64,000 bases of DNA, from assembly GCA_963813025.1 (NCBI GenBank), contig CAWEXO010000011.1:384001-448000 (forward strand). Direction: 5' to 3'. Below are positions 22,336 to 32,015 of the stretch, piece by piece. Positions within the stretch are counted from its first letter, which is position 1; each line of letters begins with the position of its first letter. A model generated the notes under the pieces. The model ran no database searches, had not been told where the DNA came from, and saw only the letters and a list, made by a program, of their open reading frames with translations. The translations under genes were made by a program, and so were the position numbers. Origin of the DNA: an uncultured Verrucomicrobiae bacterium (GTDB lineage Bacteria; Verrucomicrobiota; Verrucomicrobiia; Chthoniobacterales; JAFAMB01).

Positions 22336-23621
22336 AACAGTTCCTCGCCCAAGTCTGGAAATTCTTGCTGAAGACGAAGCTCTTCTGGGGTTTGGCCGTT
22401 CTCTACGGAGCAGGAATCGCTTTATCCCCGATCAATCGACATGGGGCGAATATATTTCTCTCGCCCGGCAACCAGTCAGACGTCCTCCGGCAGGTATCCA
22501 ACAACGGCGTGATCGCGGTCGGGATGACCATCGTCATCATCAGCGGGGGGATCGATTTATCGGTCGGGTCAATCATGGGGTTTGGATCGCTCCTGACCGC
22601 GATGCTTCTCTCGAAGCAAGGGTGGTCACCGGCTTCGGTAATCGCCGTGCCAATTCTGTCCTTAACCTGCCTTTTTCTGACCGTCTACCTCGCACCGCTG
22701 GTTTCCGCCGGCTTGAACCGCGACTCCGCCAAGGCAGTGGAAAAATCGGGTTCAGTCAGCCGGGTGGTCGGTTGGGTGGTCGGGTTAGCCCTGGCTGGGA
22801 CAGCCTTCTACTGTGCCGCTAGTCAGGTGCAACATAAATTCGGAGTTCTGGGAGTTCTGATCGCTGTGCCCGCCGTTGGTCTAGCCGTCGGCGCGTTAAA
22901 CGGGCTCATCATCTCCAAGTGCCGGATGCAACCTTTCATCGTGACGCTGGCCATGATGGTGGCAGTCTTGGGTATCGGCCGTTTGGTCGCCGGTCCGGAT
23001 CAAGCGATTTATCCCCTGGACTCGGTGAATTCCACGCCAAATTTCACGGTTCTCCGTGAATTGGTTCTGCAGGTTGTGCCTGTACCCGGGATTTTCTTTC
23101 TCGTCGCGGTTCTGGTCTTCGGGTTCATGCTGAAATCAACCACGTTCGGCCGATATATTTACGCTTTAGGCGGCAACGAACAAGCGGCCCGCCTGGCCGG
23201 GGTTCGGGTCGATCAGGTCAAAATCGCGACTTATGCAATTTCCGGAATGCTCGCAGCCTTGGCCGGTGTCATTTACGCCGCGCAATATCGCCAAGGATTG
23301 GCCGACGCCGGCAGCGGCGCCGAACTGAATGCCATCGCGGCCGTAGTGATTGGAGGAACCAATCTCATGGGCGGCAAGGGCTCGATGACGGGCACACTGG
23401 TCGGGGTGCTGATCTTTGGCTTTCTTGGAAATATTCTGCTGCTGAAAAATATCGATAGCAACACTCAACTGGTTCTCAAGGGAGCCATTATCATCGTCGC
23501 GGTGTTGCTCCAGGAAAGCCAGGGAGGACACTTCTTTAGGCGTTGGAAAACCAAAATGCGCCCGGAACCGGAGCAGAAAACAGAGAAAGCAATAGAAATG
23601 TCAACGACCTCGCGCCGATAG
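22332..23621 (+). CDS. Monosaccharide ABC permease (RbsC-like, with extra TM insert)
   Basis: GGIDLSVGS, GGNEQAARLAG, IAAVVIGGT. Confidence 0.9.
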   Translation: MKQFLAQVWKFLLKTKLFWGLAVLYGAGIALSPINRHGANIFLSPGNQSDVLRQVSNNGVIAVGMTIVIISGGIDLSVGSIMGFGSLLTAMLLSKQGWSPASVIAVPILSLTCLFLTVYLAPLVSAGLNRDSAKAVEKSGSVSRVVGWVVGLALAGTAFYCAASQVQHKFGVLGVLIAVPAVGLAVGALNGLIISKCRMQPFIVTLAMMVAVLGIGRLVAGPDQAIYPLDSVNSTPNFTVLRELVLQVVPVPGIFFLVAVLVFGFMLKSTTFGRYIYALGGNEQAARLAGVRVDQVKIATYAISGMLAALAGVIYAAQYRQGLADAGSGAELNAIAAVVIGGTNLMGGKGSMTGTLVGVLIFGFLGNILLLKNIDSNTQLVLKGAIIIVAVLLQESQGGHFFRRWKTKMRPEPEQKTEKAIEMSTTSRR

Positions 23622-23685
23622 ACCGGTGGAAAAAGTTTAGTTAGCCCACAACAACCCCACACCCAAAACCGAATCCCCCGAAAAA

Positions 23686-24651
23686 ATGAAAAGAAGAACG
23701 TTCGTCAAAACAAGCGCGGCCGCGCTGGCCTCGAGTCTGTTAGTCAAGCCGTTTACAGGAAAAGCTGCCGAGAACAAACAATATGTGTTCGGCTTTTCTC
23801 AGGTTACCACCGTCGAGCCCTGGCGCGTGCAATTCAACAAAGACATGGAAAAGGAAGCCGCCAAGCATTCGAACCTGAAGCTGATCATCTCCGATGGCCA
23901 GGATAAGACGGAAAAACAAGTTTCGGACGTCGAAAGTTTCATTCAGCAGGGCGTGGATGTCCTGCTGGTCAGCCCGAAGGAATCGGCGGGCTTGACCGGG
24001 GCCGTGCTGAAAGCCATCGACGCGAAAATCCCCGTCATCGTGCTGGATCGCAATGTAAACACCGACAAGTACACCGTCTTCATCGGCGGCGACAACGTGG
24101 TCATCGGGAAACAGGCCGGCGCTTACGCGCTCGATCTGCTGGGCGGACAAGGCAAGGCGAAGGGAAATGTCGTCGAGCTCTGGGGCGGTATGGGCACGCA
24201 GCCGGCTCACGATCGGCACGACGGATTCTGGGCCGGTATGGGCAAGGAACCGGATGTGAAATCGCTGATGCAGCCGGTCGACTGCGATTGGAAACAGCAG
24301 AAAGGTTACGACGCGATGACCACCGCGCTGAAATCTTTTGAAAAGATCGACTTGGTTTACGGCCACAATGATCCGATCGCCTATGGCGCCTTTCTAGCCG
24401 CGAAAGATGCCGGCCGCGAGAAGGAGATAAAAATTCTCGGAATCGATGGCTTACCCGATCTCGGCGTCAGCTGGGTGGCCAAGGGTGAACTGACCGCAAC
24501 GTTCCTGTATCCCACGCCCGGAGCGGAGGGCGTCCGTCAAGGACTCAAGATCATGGCGGGAGAGAAAGTTCCTCATACCATCACCCTCCCGACGATGACG
24601 ATTGATCATACTAATGCGGAACAGATTCTAAAGGAAAACGGGTTAGCCTGA
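23686..24651 (+). CDS. Monosaccharide ABC substrate-binding protein (RbsB-like), Tat-type signal
   Basis: MKRRTFVK twin-arginine motif; IPVIVLDR, HND, GIDG. Confidence 0.88.
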   Translation: MKRRTFVKTSAAALASSLLVKPFTGKAAENKQYVFGFSQVTTVEPWRVQFNKDMEKEAAKHSNLKLIISDGQDKTEKQVSDVESFIQQGVDVLLVSPKESAGLTGAVLKAIDAKIPVIVLDRNVNTDKYTVFIGGDNVVIGKQAGAYALDLLGGQGKAKGNVVELWGGMGTQPAHDRHDGFWAGMGKEPDVKSLMQPVDCDWKQQKGYDAMTTALKSFEKIDLVYGHNDPIAYGAFLAAKDAGREKEIKILGIDGLPDLGVSWVAKGELTATFLYPTPGAEGVRQGLKIMAGEKVPHTITLPTMTIDHTNAEQILKENGLA

Positions 24652-24812
24652 CTGTTAAGCTGAACAATTCAACAGGTAACAGCCGATCGAGCGGAGGACG
24701 CGGCGGGGGCGGCTTCAGCGGAGGGAGATAACTGAACAATTGGTCAGTTCCACAGCTCACTGACGAAGCGCTCTCCAGAATAGTTGGAGAGCACGGACCA
24801 CTCGCCCGTGAC

Positions 24813-24833
24813 GTACCGCGGACGGCCTCGTCC
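24813..24833 (+). repeat. GTAG-type REP-like unit (degenerate)
   Basis: gtaccgcggacggcctcgtcc matches the units at 25987 and 56608. Confidence 0.65.
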
Positions 24834-24932
24834 AGACGCTTCTGGCCGACGCGTCCGGCCGCTGGTCCGCTGTGAGCTATGGCCCCGTTCGTACCGATCC
24901 TGTAGGCCGACACGAGACGCTGTAAGAGTTAG

Positions 24933-25895
24933 CTAGGCAGGTGGGGGACTCTTCTGAGCGCTGGCCGCCCGGCGGCGTCGGCCGCTCAGAAGATAAATAG
25001 CCGACCGGACCTCGAGCAAGGGATCTCCGGATGGGTCGATCCCGTCGATCCGGGGGATGGGGTCAAAAATAATACGTCGATTCTCCGGATTATCATCGGC
25101 ACGCGCAGTCAAGGTAATCGTGCCTAAGGTGAGCTGAGGCCGATCTTCCGGCCAGTGAACCGTCGCATCATCAACCTGATCGTCCGGATCAGCCAGCTGC
25201 ACCAGCACTCTGAACGCCACCGGTTCGCGAGTGATCCGCGTAGTCAACTCGTCGAAGAGAAAATTCGGGTCTTTCGCTTCTGCCGAGGTTGCCTCGAGAT
25301 ATTCATTCCCAGCAGTCGGCAGGATTCGGAACCGACCGAATCGACTGGCGCCGCTGGCGTTGGTAAACCGAAGGGCAGTGACGCCAAAGAATGATTCCCG
25401 GGCGAAGCTGGTAGGGATCGGTTTCGGGACCTGCACATACCACAGGGCGCTCGGATGAGTCGCCAGGAATTCCTCGATCGGCGTTGGTTTCGGCGCGCCG
25501 GGCCCGCTCGCGGCGACCGCCCGAAGGAAAGCGAGAAACTCTTCGGGATTCCGAGTTGGAAACCCGTTCGTCGAATGCGCAATAATATCGGTGTGGACGT
25601 GTTCACCAAGTTGGAACCGGACGGCAAACCCTCGTGGACTGGCACCTGCCGGATCGTTGTCCGGAACGGTTGGAATACCGGCAGCATCCGAAAAACGGAC
25701 AAGCACGGGCATCGATTCTTTTTGGAAGTGCGGCGCTCGCGTTAGGCTGGCCGCCTCAGGCGTTGGTCTGAAAGTACCGACATACATCGCCCCTTTGGCG
25801 TGCACGGGTCGATAACCTGGATGCAGGCCCGACAATTGGTCGAGCGCTGCTAAAAGTTCCTGACTGAGGGCCTCAATTTTCGCATCACTACTCAT
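24933..25895 (-). CDS. Catalase-related peroxidase (SrpA-like small catalase)
   Basis: RPVHAKG, VRFS, PRGFAVRF, DPLLEVRSAIY. Confidence 0.9.
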   Translation of the reverse strand: MSSDAKIEALSQELLAALDQLSGLHPGYRPVHAKGAMYVGTFRPTPEAASLTRAPHFQKESMPVLVRFSDAAGIPTVPDNDPAGASPRGFAVRFQLGEHVHTDIIAHSTNGFPTRNPEEFLAFLRAVAASGPGAPKPTPIEEFLATHPSALWYVQVPKPIPTSFARESFFGVTALRFTNASGASRFGRFRILPTAGNEYLEATSAEAKDPNFLFDELTTRITREPVAFRVLVQLADPDDQVDDATVHWPEDRPQLTLGTITLTARADDNPENRRIIFDPIPRIDGIDPSGDPLLEVRSAIYLLSGRRRRAASAQKSPPPA

Positions 25896-25983
25896 GGTAT
25901 CAGCCTTAGCCGGGTTCTTCTGTCGAGGCCAGATCGAATTGTCGGTTGAGCAGTTCTCAGGGACAGGCCCCTGATGATGCTCT

Positions 25984-26045
25984 CCCGTAGCGCGGACGGC
26001 CTCGTCCGTATCCGGAAGGCCACCCCAGGCAGCTCGCGCTACGGG
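25984..26045. repeat. GTAG-type REP-like element
   Basis: cccgtagcgcggacggcctcgtccgta ... cgcgctacggg. Confidence 0.7.
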
Positions 26046-26051
26046 TTTTGC

Positions 26052-27035
26052 TCAGGACCCGAGGTCATCAGCCTGACGCCTGCTCTCCAATACAGCGCCC
26101 GGCCGCAACCTGAACCCGTGAGCAAACTCACTGGCTGACATCCGTCTTTTGGCTTCCAACTGGACGTCGAGCAAGAGAAGGGCGCCGCTGCCGCAGCCAA
26201 CTTTGATCCCGCGCTCCGATATGCCGACCACCACCCCGGGAACCGCTTGGCCACGGTGCAAGGGAAGGGCTCGATGAATCTTTAACCGACGCGGCGCGCC
26301 AGCGAGATCGCCGATGACAGTGTAGGCTCCCGGCCACGGATTCAGTGCGCGCACCAGGCGGTCAAGAACCCAGCAATCTTTTTGCCAGTCGATCCGCCCG
26401 GAAGCTCGATCCAGCTTTGGTGCATAAGTGGCGGCCGCATCGTCCTGTGGTATCCGCGGAGCGAAACCGGTCAGAAGGAGCTTGAGCGACTCCGCCAGTA
26501 CCTCGGGTGCCAATTGAGCCAGTCGATCATGGAGCGAGCCTCCGGTCTCGCGTCGACGGATCGGGAGCGGGCGAGCCAACAGTATGTCGCCCGTGTCGAG
26601 GCCTTCCGCCATGTACATTGCCGTAACTCCGGTCAGCCGGTCGCCAGCGAGAAGAGCCGCCTGGACGGGCGCCGCTCCACGATGCCTCGGCAGAAGTGAA
26701 GCGTGGAGATTAAGGCAAGCGAGGGCTGGCATTGCCAGAAGTGCTTTTGGCAAAATCTGGCCGTAAGCCATGACAATGATCAAGTCCGGTGCGAGCGACG
26801 CAATTTCGGCTAAGGCCTCCTGCCGGCGGATCTTCTCGGGCTGCAGCACGGGTAGCCCAAGTTGCCGCCCAATCCGCTTCGGCACAGGTTCCACCAGTTG
26901 CTGATGCCGGCCGGCTGGCCGATCCGGCTGGGTGACAAGCCCAACCAGTTGAACGTTTTCGGACCGGGCCAGCCAGTCGAGGGAAGGTGCCCCAATGTGA
27001 CCGGTACTAACAAACAGTACTCGCGGTTTTTCCAC
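26052..27035 (-). CDS. fmt: Methionyl-tRNA formyltransferase
   Basis: VTQPDRPAGR, AYGQILP, NLHASLLPRHRGAAP, GLDTGD. Confidence 0.93.
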   Translation of the reverse strand: MEKPRVLFVSTGHIGAPSLDWLARSENVQLVGLVTQPDRPAGRHQQLVEPVPKRIGRQLGLPVLQPEKIRRQEALAEIASLAPDLIIVMAYGQILPKALLAMPALACLNLHASLLPRHRGAAPVQAALLAGDRLTGVTAMYMAEGLDTGDILLARPLPIRRRETGGSLHDRLAQLAPEVLAESLKLLLTGFAPRIPQDDAAATYAPKLDRASGRIDWQKDCWVLDRLVRALNPWPGAYTVIGDLAGAPRRLKIHRALPLHRGQAVPGVVVGISERGIKVGCGSGALLLLDVQLEAKRRMSASEFAHGFRLRPGAVLESRRQADDLGS

Positions 27036-27095
27036 TAAATCTCGTCGCTCTGAAGCGCGGTCTCGCTAGGTGAACGAATACAACAGCGCTTGCGA

Positions 27096-27704
27096 TCACG
27101 CGCGGAAGGCGAGGGAACCGTTCCGAGTTTCCCAAATAACCTCGACGATATCATGCAACACTTTTACCGGAGGTTGCATCGCGTCGATGCTCGTTACCCG
27201 GTCGTGATAGAATTCCAGGACCGGTTTTGTTTCGGCCTCATAAGTCGTTAGCCGGTTGGTAATGACCGTTTCGCTGGCATCGTCGAGCCGGTTGTCTTTG
27301 AGCGCGCGTTTGCGGAGCCGGCGCACCAGTTCCTGCCGATCGGGACACGAGAGGTGAAAAACCTGTTTCACGTCGATCAGCTCTTCCATTAACTTCGCTT
27401 GATTGTAGTTTCGCGGAATTCCGTCGAGCACCAGAGCGTCAATGTCCGGCTTAAAATGACCGGATTCGACCTGTCCTTCGATGCTGTAGCACCAGAGTTC
27501 CACCGTCAATTCATCCGGTACCAGCATACCCTTGCTGGAGTACTCAATGAACCTTTGTCCTAACGCGGTTCGCGTATCCAGCGCGCGAAAAACATCGCCA
27601 CAGGCACAATGAAAAAATCGCGGGACAGCGCCGAGAGCCTTGCCTTGAGTACCTTTACCGCCGCCTGGCGGTCCCATGATGAGATAGGTTATGTAGCGGT
27701 TCAT
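27096..27704 (-). CDS. adk: Adenylate kinase (short LID type)
   Basis: GPPGGGKGTQG, GMLVPDE, LDGIPR, RLDD. Confidence 0.85.
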   Translation of the reverse strand: MNRYITYLIMGPPGGGKGTQGKALGAVPRFFHCACGDVFRALDTRTALGQRFIEYSSKGMLVPDELTVELWCYSIEGQVESGHFKPDIDALVLDGIPRNYNQAKLMEELIDVKQVFHLSCPDRQELVRRLRKRALKDNRLDDASETVITNRLTTYEAETKPVLEFYHDRVTSIDAMQPPVKVLHDIVEVIWETRNGSLAFRA

Positions 27705-27768
27705 TCTGGTTCGTAGAAGAGAATTCGCAAGATCGGAACGAACCCGGACAAGAGCAAGCAAATTCTTA

Positions 27769-28239
27769 CTACCGCGAGAGATCGCTCTGGCTCAGGATTT
27801 TAAACCCTTCCCCGGTCAGAACGGACCAACCGCATTCGGAGTCATCCAAATGGAGCGCCATGGCGGAACGTCCATGTGGACGCACCAGGATCGGATAGCA
27901 AACCTGAATATTCACTTCGGCCATTAAAAGGCTGTAAAGCATCCGTTTGAGATCGACCGCGACCTCTTTCATTTCCACGACCAGGATCTCGGAAATGCTG
28001 TAAGCGACCTCATGAAGGTCAAACACATCCTCCACCATTTCGGGATCACTCGTTACAATGCGCACGATCGCTGAATCGGTCGAGTCCTGGGCATTGAGCG
28101 CGAGCACATGAACGTTGGCATCGTTCAGGAGCTTCACTACCTCCAGTAAAGCGCCCACCTTGTTCAGTAGAAAGATCGAGAACTGCTTTACTGTCGGTCC
28201 CGAGGTCTTTTCTTTAACCCTGGGCGATTCCGTCGGCAT
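27769..28239 (-). CDS. ACT-domain protein
   Basis: VKQFSIFLLNKVGAL ACT start; tandem ACT length. Confidence 0.8.
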   Translation of the reverse strand: MPTESPRVKEKTSGPTVKQFSIFLLNKVGALLEVVKLLNDANVHVLALNAQDSTDSAIVRIVTSDPEMVEDVFDLHEVAYSISEILVVEMKEVAVDLKRMLYSLLMAEVNIQVCYPILVRPHGRSAMALHLDDSECGWSVLTGEGFKILSQSDLSR

Positions 28240-28256
28240 GAGTTAGCCAGAGAATT

Positions 28257-28691
28257 TCATTTATAAGAGTAAATCAAACAAAAGGTCGAAGGTTGACCCT
28301 CCCGCAACGCCACCTTTACATAATAAACGCCGCTGGCGTCGGGACTAAATCCAGCCGCTGCTCGACTGTCGGATTCAAAAGGCTCGTAGTTGACCGGTTT
28401 GCCCTGTTCGTCGAAGACCGACACGCTGAGTTTCCCCCCGTTCACCGCGGCCGCGCTAAACCAGTACGCATTGCCCCCGTAGAGGCTGACCGAAATGATT
28501 TCCGGGTGATCGCGCGAAACTTTGCCGAACCAATCGCCGTCCCGGATTTTAAAGCCATCATTTTCGAACGCTCCAGCGAGATCGATCACCGCGCTGCGGG
28601 CATTGACTTGGTCATCCGACGCCGGAGCACCCCAAACGGTCGGGAAACACGTGCCGGCCAGAAAAACCATGACCAATACCAGACGCTTCAT
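28257..28691 (-). CDS. Hypothetical secreted protein
   Basis: Signal peptide; overlaps the stop of the upstream gene. Confidence 0.7.
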   Translation of the reverse strand: MKRLVLVMVFLAGTCFPTVWGAPASDDQVNARSAVIDLAGAFENDGFKIRDGDWFGKVSRDHPEIISVSLYGGNAYWFSAAAVNGGKLSVSVFDEQGKPVNYEPFESDSRAAAGFSPDASGVYYVKVALREGQPSTFCLIYSYK

Positions 28692-29527
28692 TCCTGGGTG
28701 GATATCTCTTTCGTCAGCTCACCGGCCGCTTGGTTCAGCATCTTTACTTCATCGAGTGTCGGAACATGGTCCGCCGGGAAAGAGACCATCTGCTGGATAC
28801 TCTGCAGCTTCTGATCGACTTGAGCAACCAGCTTGTCATCGCGCAATTTGCTGGGCAAAGCATTGAGCTTGCTCCGCAGAAATGCGACCAGCCAGGGCTG
28901 CCGGAGCAACCGCGCGTCAGCGGGATTGAAATTCTGTAAGAGAAGCCCGGTAACAACCTGTGTGCCGCGGATCCAGCCGCCCAAACTTACCAGGACAATC
29001 AAATTGTTGTCCCGATTATCTTTGAGCGACTTCTTCACCTCATTCTGGGTCGCTTCGAGTTCTTCGTGGAGCTGATCCCAAAGCCCGTTCTCGGCAAATT
29101 CAGTGATGCTCTTACTCCGGGAAAGAACGCCTTCCGAAACGCTGAGCTTCTTCGCCAGCGACAGCACGTCTTTGCCAACATTTTTGACTTGCTGACCGTC
29201 CTGGGCCTCAACAGCGATGTAACCGTCGGCGATTAGCGTGCCCAGATTTAACGCCATCTGGGCGCGGCTGGTCGAATCGATGGAAGTCGGCGGCCGATAC
29301 TGCGACGCCCAGTTCGGCTTACCTGATTTCTCGATTGCCGCGAAAAACTCGCCGGGCGTAGGAACCGTGACTGCATCGACCTTTGCCGCATTCTCCATCT
29401 CATTGGGGGTCAAGGGAGTATCGGCGGGAACAGAAGCCCGGTAATCCACATTGTCCTTGGCCAACCCGGCGCTCAGGAAGCTAAAAGCAATCGCGCCCGG
29501 CAAGAGCCATTTCCGCAGGAGGGCCAT
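28688..29527 (-). CDS. Hypothetical secreted helical protein
   Basis: Likely start MALLRKWLL with signal peptide; operon with the downstream gene. Confidence 0.7.
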   Translation of the reverse strand: MALLRKWLLPGAIAFSFLSAGLAKDNVDYRASVPADTPLTPNEMENAAKVDAVTVPTPGEFFAAIEKSGKPNWASQYRPPTSIDSTSRAQMALNLGTLIADGYIAVEAQDGQQVKNVGKDVLSLAKKLSVSEGVLSRSKSITEFAENGLWDQLHEELEATQNEVKKSLKDNRDNNLIVLVSLGGWIRGTQVVTGLLLQNFNPADARLLRQPWLVAFLRSKLNALPSKLRDDKLVAQVDQKLQSIQQMVSFPADHVPTLDEVKMLNQAAGELTKEISTQE

Positions 29528-29699
29528 ACCGCGAGAGTCTAGCAACTGGCACCTTGGTGTCCAGCGAGGAACGACGCGTTTGCGCGTCAGTTCATGGCCC
29601 GGGCACGGTCCCGCTTGAATATGAAACGCCGGTCTCTGCTGCATCGCCGGCCAAATCGCGAGACAATCTCTTTTTTCGAGCGGCCTTCGGCGAAGACTC

Positions 29700-29819
29700 A
29701 TTCAAGCCAGACGCTGGAGTTGCCGACTTCGCAAGGACGGTTCCGCCTTCGCCAAGGCTATGGCGGACACGTCAAACAAGTTCTCGCTACGCTCGTCCGC
29801 CAAGGCGGATCGCCCTACC
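29700..29819 (-). repeat. ~120-bp dispersed repeat (inverted copy at 53995-54116)
   Basis: ccgccttcgccaaggctatggcggacacgtcaaacaagttctcgc...gatcgccctacc is the reverse complement of the 54-kb copy. Confidence 0.85.
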
Positions 29820-29896
29820 AGCACAAGGCTACGGAAGTCTGAGGCAATGTTGCGACCCGATTATCTTTGGTTGGATCCGTTTTATTTTTTTGACTC

Positions 29897-31870
29897 TTAC
29901 GCAGATCGCAAATGCTCGTCACGCGGAAAGTCGAGCAGCGTCGATTGATCCCCGAGCCCATTGTCGGCTCCCGTATCGAACTCCTCCTGACGCAACCCTA
30001 TCCGATGATCCCGATAGAGAGTAATGGCTACGTCGCGATTTATCCGGATGCACTGCTTGATCGCTTCCGCCTCCTTTTCGCAGAAAAGAACCGTTTTCCA
30101 GGAAAAGATATGCTTTGGTTTATGGAAGTCGCTGTTCGCGATGAATGGCAGAGGTTTTAGCCCGATCGGATTGAAAATATCGTCGCGATTGGCCACCTCC
30201 CAGGCGTCCAGCAACGGTGCAAACTGCGCAATGTTGTCCCAGAAATACAGGGTGTTTTTGCCCCAGTGCGTTTTGAACTCGTGCGGATGAGAAGCAACGG
30301 CCAGCGCGCCTTGAGCATGAATTTCGGCAATGGTTTGCGTTATCCCCAGCCCGGGATCGATCGGTTTTTTCAGATCAATCGCCAGAAGGTGCGCCGAGCT
30401 TTTCCTAGTCAGACCATCTTTGTTAAACTCAAGGCCCGTCATCACCAGTAGATTGTATTTCTCCCAGGCACGTTTTTTCTCGCGCTCGATCGCTTCGAAA
30501 TATTCCTCGACCTGATCGCGATGAAGGACCAGTCCCGTCAGATTGGTGACGCGTCCGATCAGCTTGGTGTAGTCGCAAATGTGGTCAGTGATACAGAGCG
30601 CGTCAAAGCCCCGCTGTCCATAAAAATCGACCAACTCCCGCACCGTCAATTTGCCGTCGGAAAAGACGCTATGCGTATGCAAATCGCAAAGAAGAATCGC
30701 TTGTTTCTGCCGTTGGTTCGACCGCTGTTTGAACTGGTGAAGATCCCGCGGAGGAGCATTCTCCGCAGTCGCTAATTCCAGGATGAACCGCGCGATCTGA
30801 AGCGAGGCATCCGGCCGGCTGATGCGTTGCAGGTTTGCATTCCATTTCTTCAGCAGGCGATCTTCATGGCGGAAGGCCTCGTCCAGTGTTTCCAGTATCG
30901 CAGCTCCATTGGGTGCCAGTTGGCCGCACTCATTTTCGACAATCAAACGAGCGTTGCCCTCCTCCTGACCAGGAACAACCTGACTGATAATTACCGGGGT
31001 GCGCGCGGCAATCGACTCCTGGATGGTTGCGCCGCCGGCTTTTGTGATGATCAGGTGATGGCTCGTTAGCAACTCGGGCATTTTCGTGGTCCAGCCCAGG
31101 ATGCGGACTGGGTGCGCGGGCGCTTTCACGCTGTCCTCCAGTTGAGCGCGCAACGCGGAGTCCCGGCCCACCGTCACGGTCAATTCGATGTCCGAACGCC
31201 GCGCCAATCTTCGCACAAGAGCCGGAGCTTCTTTCTTGCCCGAACTGATCATGTAGAGGACGCGCTTCACATCGCCGTGTCCCGCCGAATAACGTTCATC
31301 CTTGATCTCGGCAAACCGATAGGTGACTGGAAAACCGAATATCCTGATCCGATCGTCGGGGATACCGCCCCCGCGGAGCACAGCGGCCGTTTCCTCATTG
31401 GGAACTACAAAATAGTCGCTCGAACAACGATACCAAACAGAATTCACCGTGATCGAGTCCGTCACGACGGTAATCTGCGAAAACGGTCGTACCCGACCTG
31501 CGGGGTAGAGGTCGTCAATGAAGTAGTTATAAATCGGGTAAGTGGAGACGACCGCATCGGGCTCCAGCTGATCGAGAACCGTCGACACTGCTCGCTTCAT
31601 CTTGGTCAGGACAAGCATGTTGGTCTCCACAAACTGCGTCCCATCAATTACGTTGTAGATTTTGCCCCATACTCTGGGGGTGCGATTGATCGCCGCGATG
31701 TACGCTTTGCGAAAAAAATCGTTTAGTTTGCCGTAGCAGGCATCGAACAGATCAAGCACTTCCACACGGGCATCGTGCGGCGCCACAAACTCCAACGCGT
31801 CACGAAGGTTGCGGGCCGCCGTGTTGTGGCCTTCGCCGAAGCCAGCTGTGAAAATCACGATTTTCTTCAT
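29897..31870 (-). CDS. Fused MGDG-synthase/UgtP-like glycosyltransferase (GT28) + PHP domain
   Basis: TAGFGEGH, ITKAGG, PGQEEGN; C-terminal DLHTHSVFSDG, ITDH, NSDFH. Confidence 0.85.
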   Translation of the reverse strand: MKKIVIFTAGFGEGHNTAARNLRDALEFVAPHDARVEVLDLFDACYGKLNDFFRKAYIAAINRTPRVWGKIYNVIDGTQFVETNMLVLTKMKRAVSTVLDQLEPDAVVSTYPIYNYFIDDLYPAGRVRPFSQITVVTDSITVNSVWYRCSSDYFVVPNEETAAVLRGGGIPDDRIRIFGFPVTYRFAEIKDERYSAGHGDVKRVLYMISSGKKEAPALVRRLARRSDIELTVTVGRDSALRAQLEDSVKAPAHPVRILGWTTKMPELLTSHHLIITKAGGATIQESIAARTPVIISQVVPGQEEGNARLIVENECGQLAPNGAAILETLDEAFRHEDRLLKKWNANLQRISRPDASLQIARFILELATAENAPPRDLHQFKQRSNQRQKQAILLCDLHTHSVFSDGKLTVRELVDFYGQRGFDALCITDHICDYTKLIGRVTNLTGLVLHRDQVEEYFEAIEREKKRAWEKYNLLVMTGLEFNKDGLTRKSSAHLLAIDLKKPIDPGLGITQTIAEIHAQGALAVASHPHEFKTHWGKNTLYFWDNIAQFAPLLDAWEVANRDDIFNPIGLKPLPFIANSDFHKPKHIFSWKTVLFCEKEAEAIKQCIRINRDVAITLYRDHRIGLRQEEFDTGADNGLGDQSTLLDFPRDEHLRSA

Positions 31871-32015
31871 CTCTGATCGGAAATTTCTTGCGGTGCCGTT
31901 TGCACTTCGTCGACGGATTTTGATACTACGTTGCGAGCCGGGGAGGTTAACTGATGGATCGAACTCCTGCCAGCGATTTTAAAAAGCCGTACTCCAGGCG
32001 TGGAACCAAATCCTG

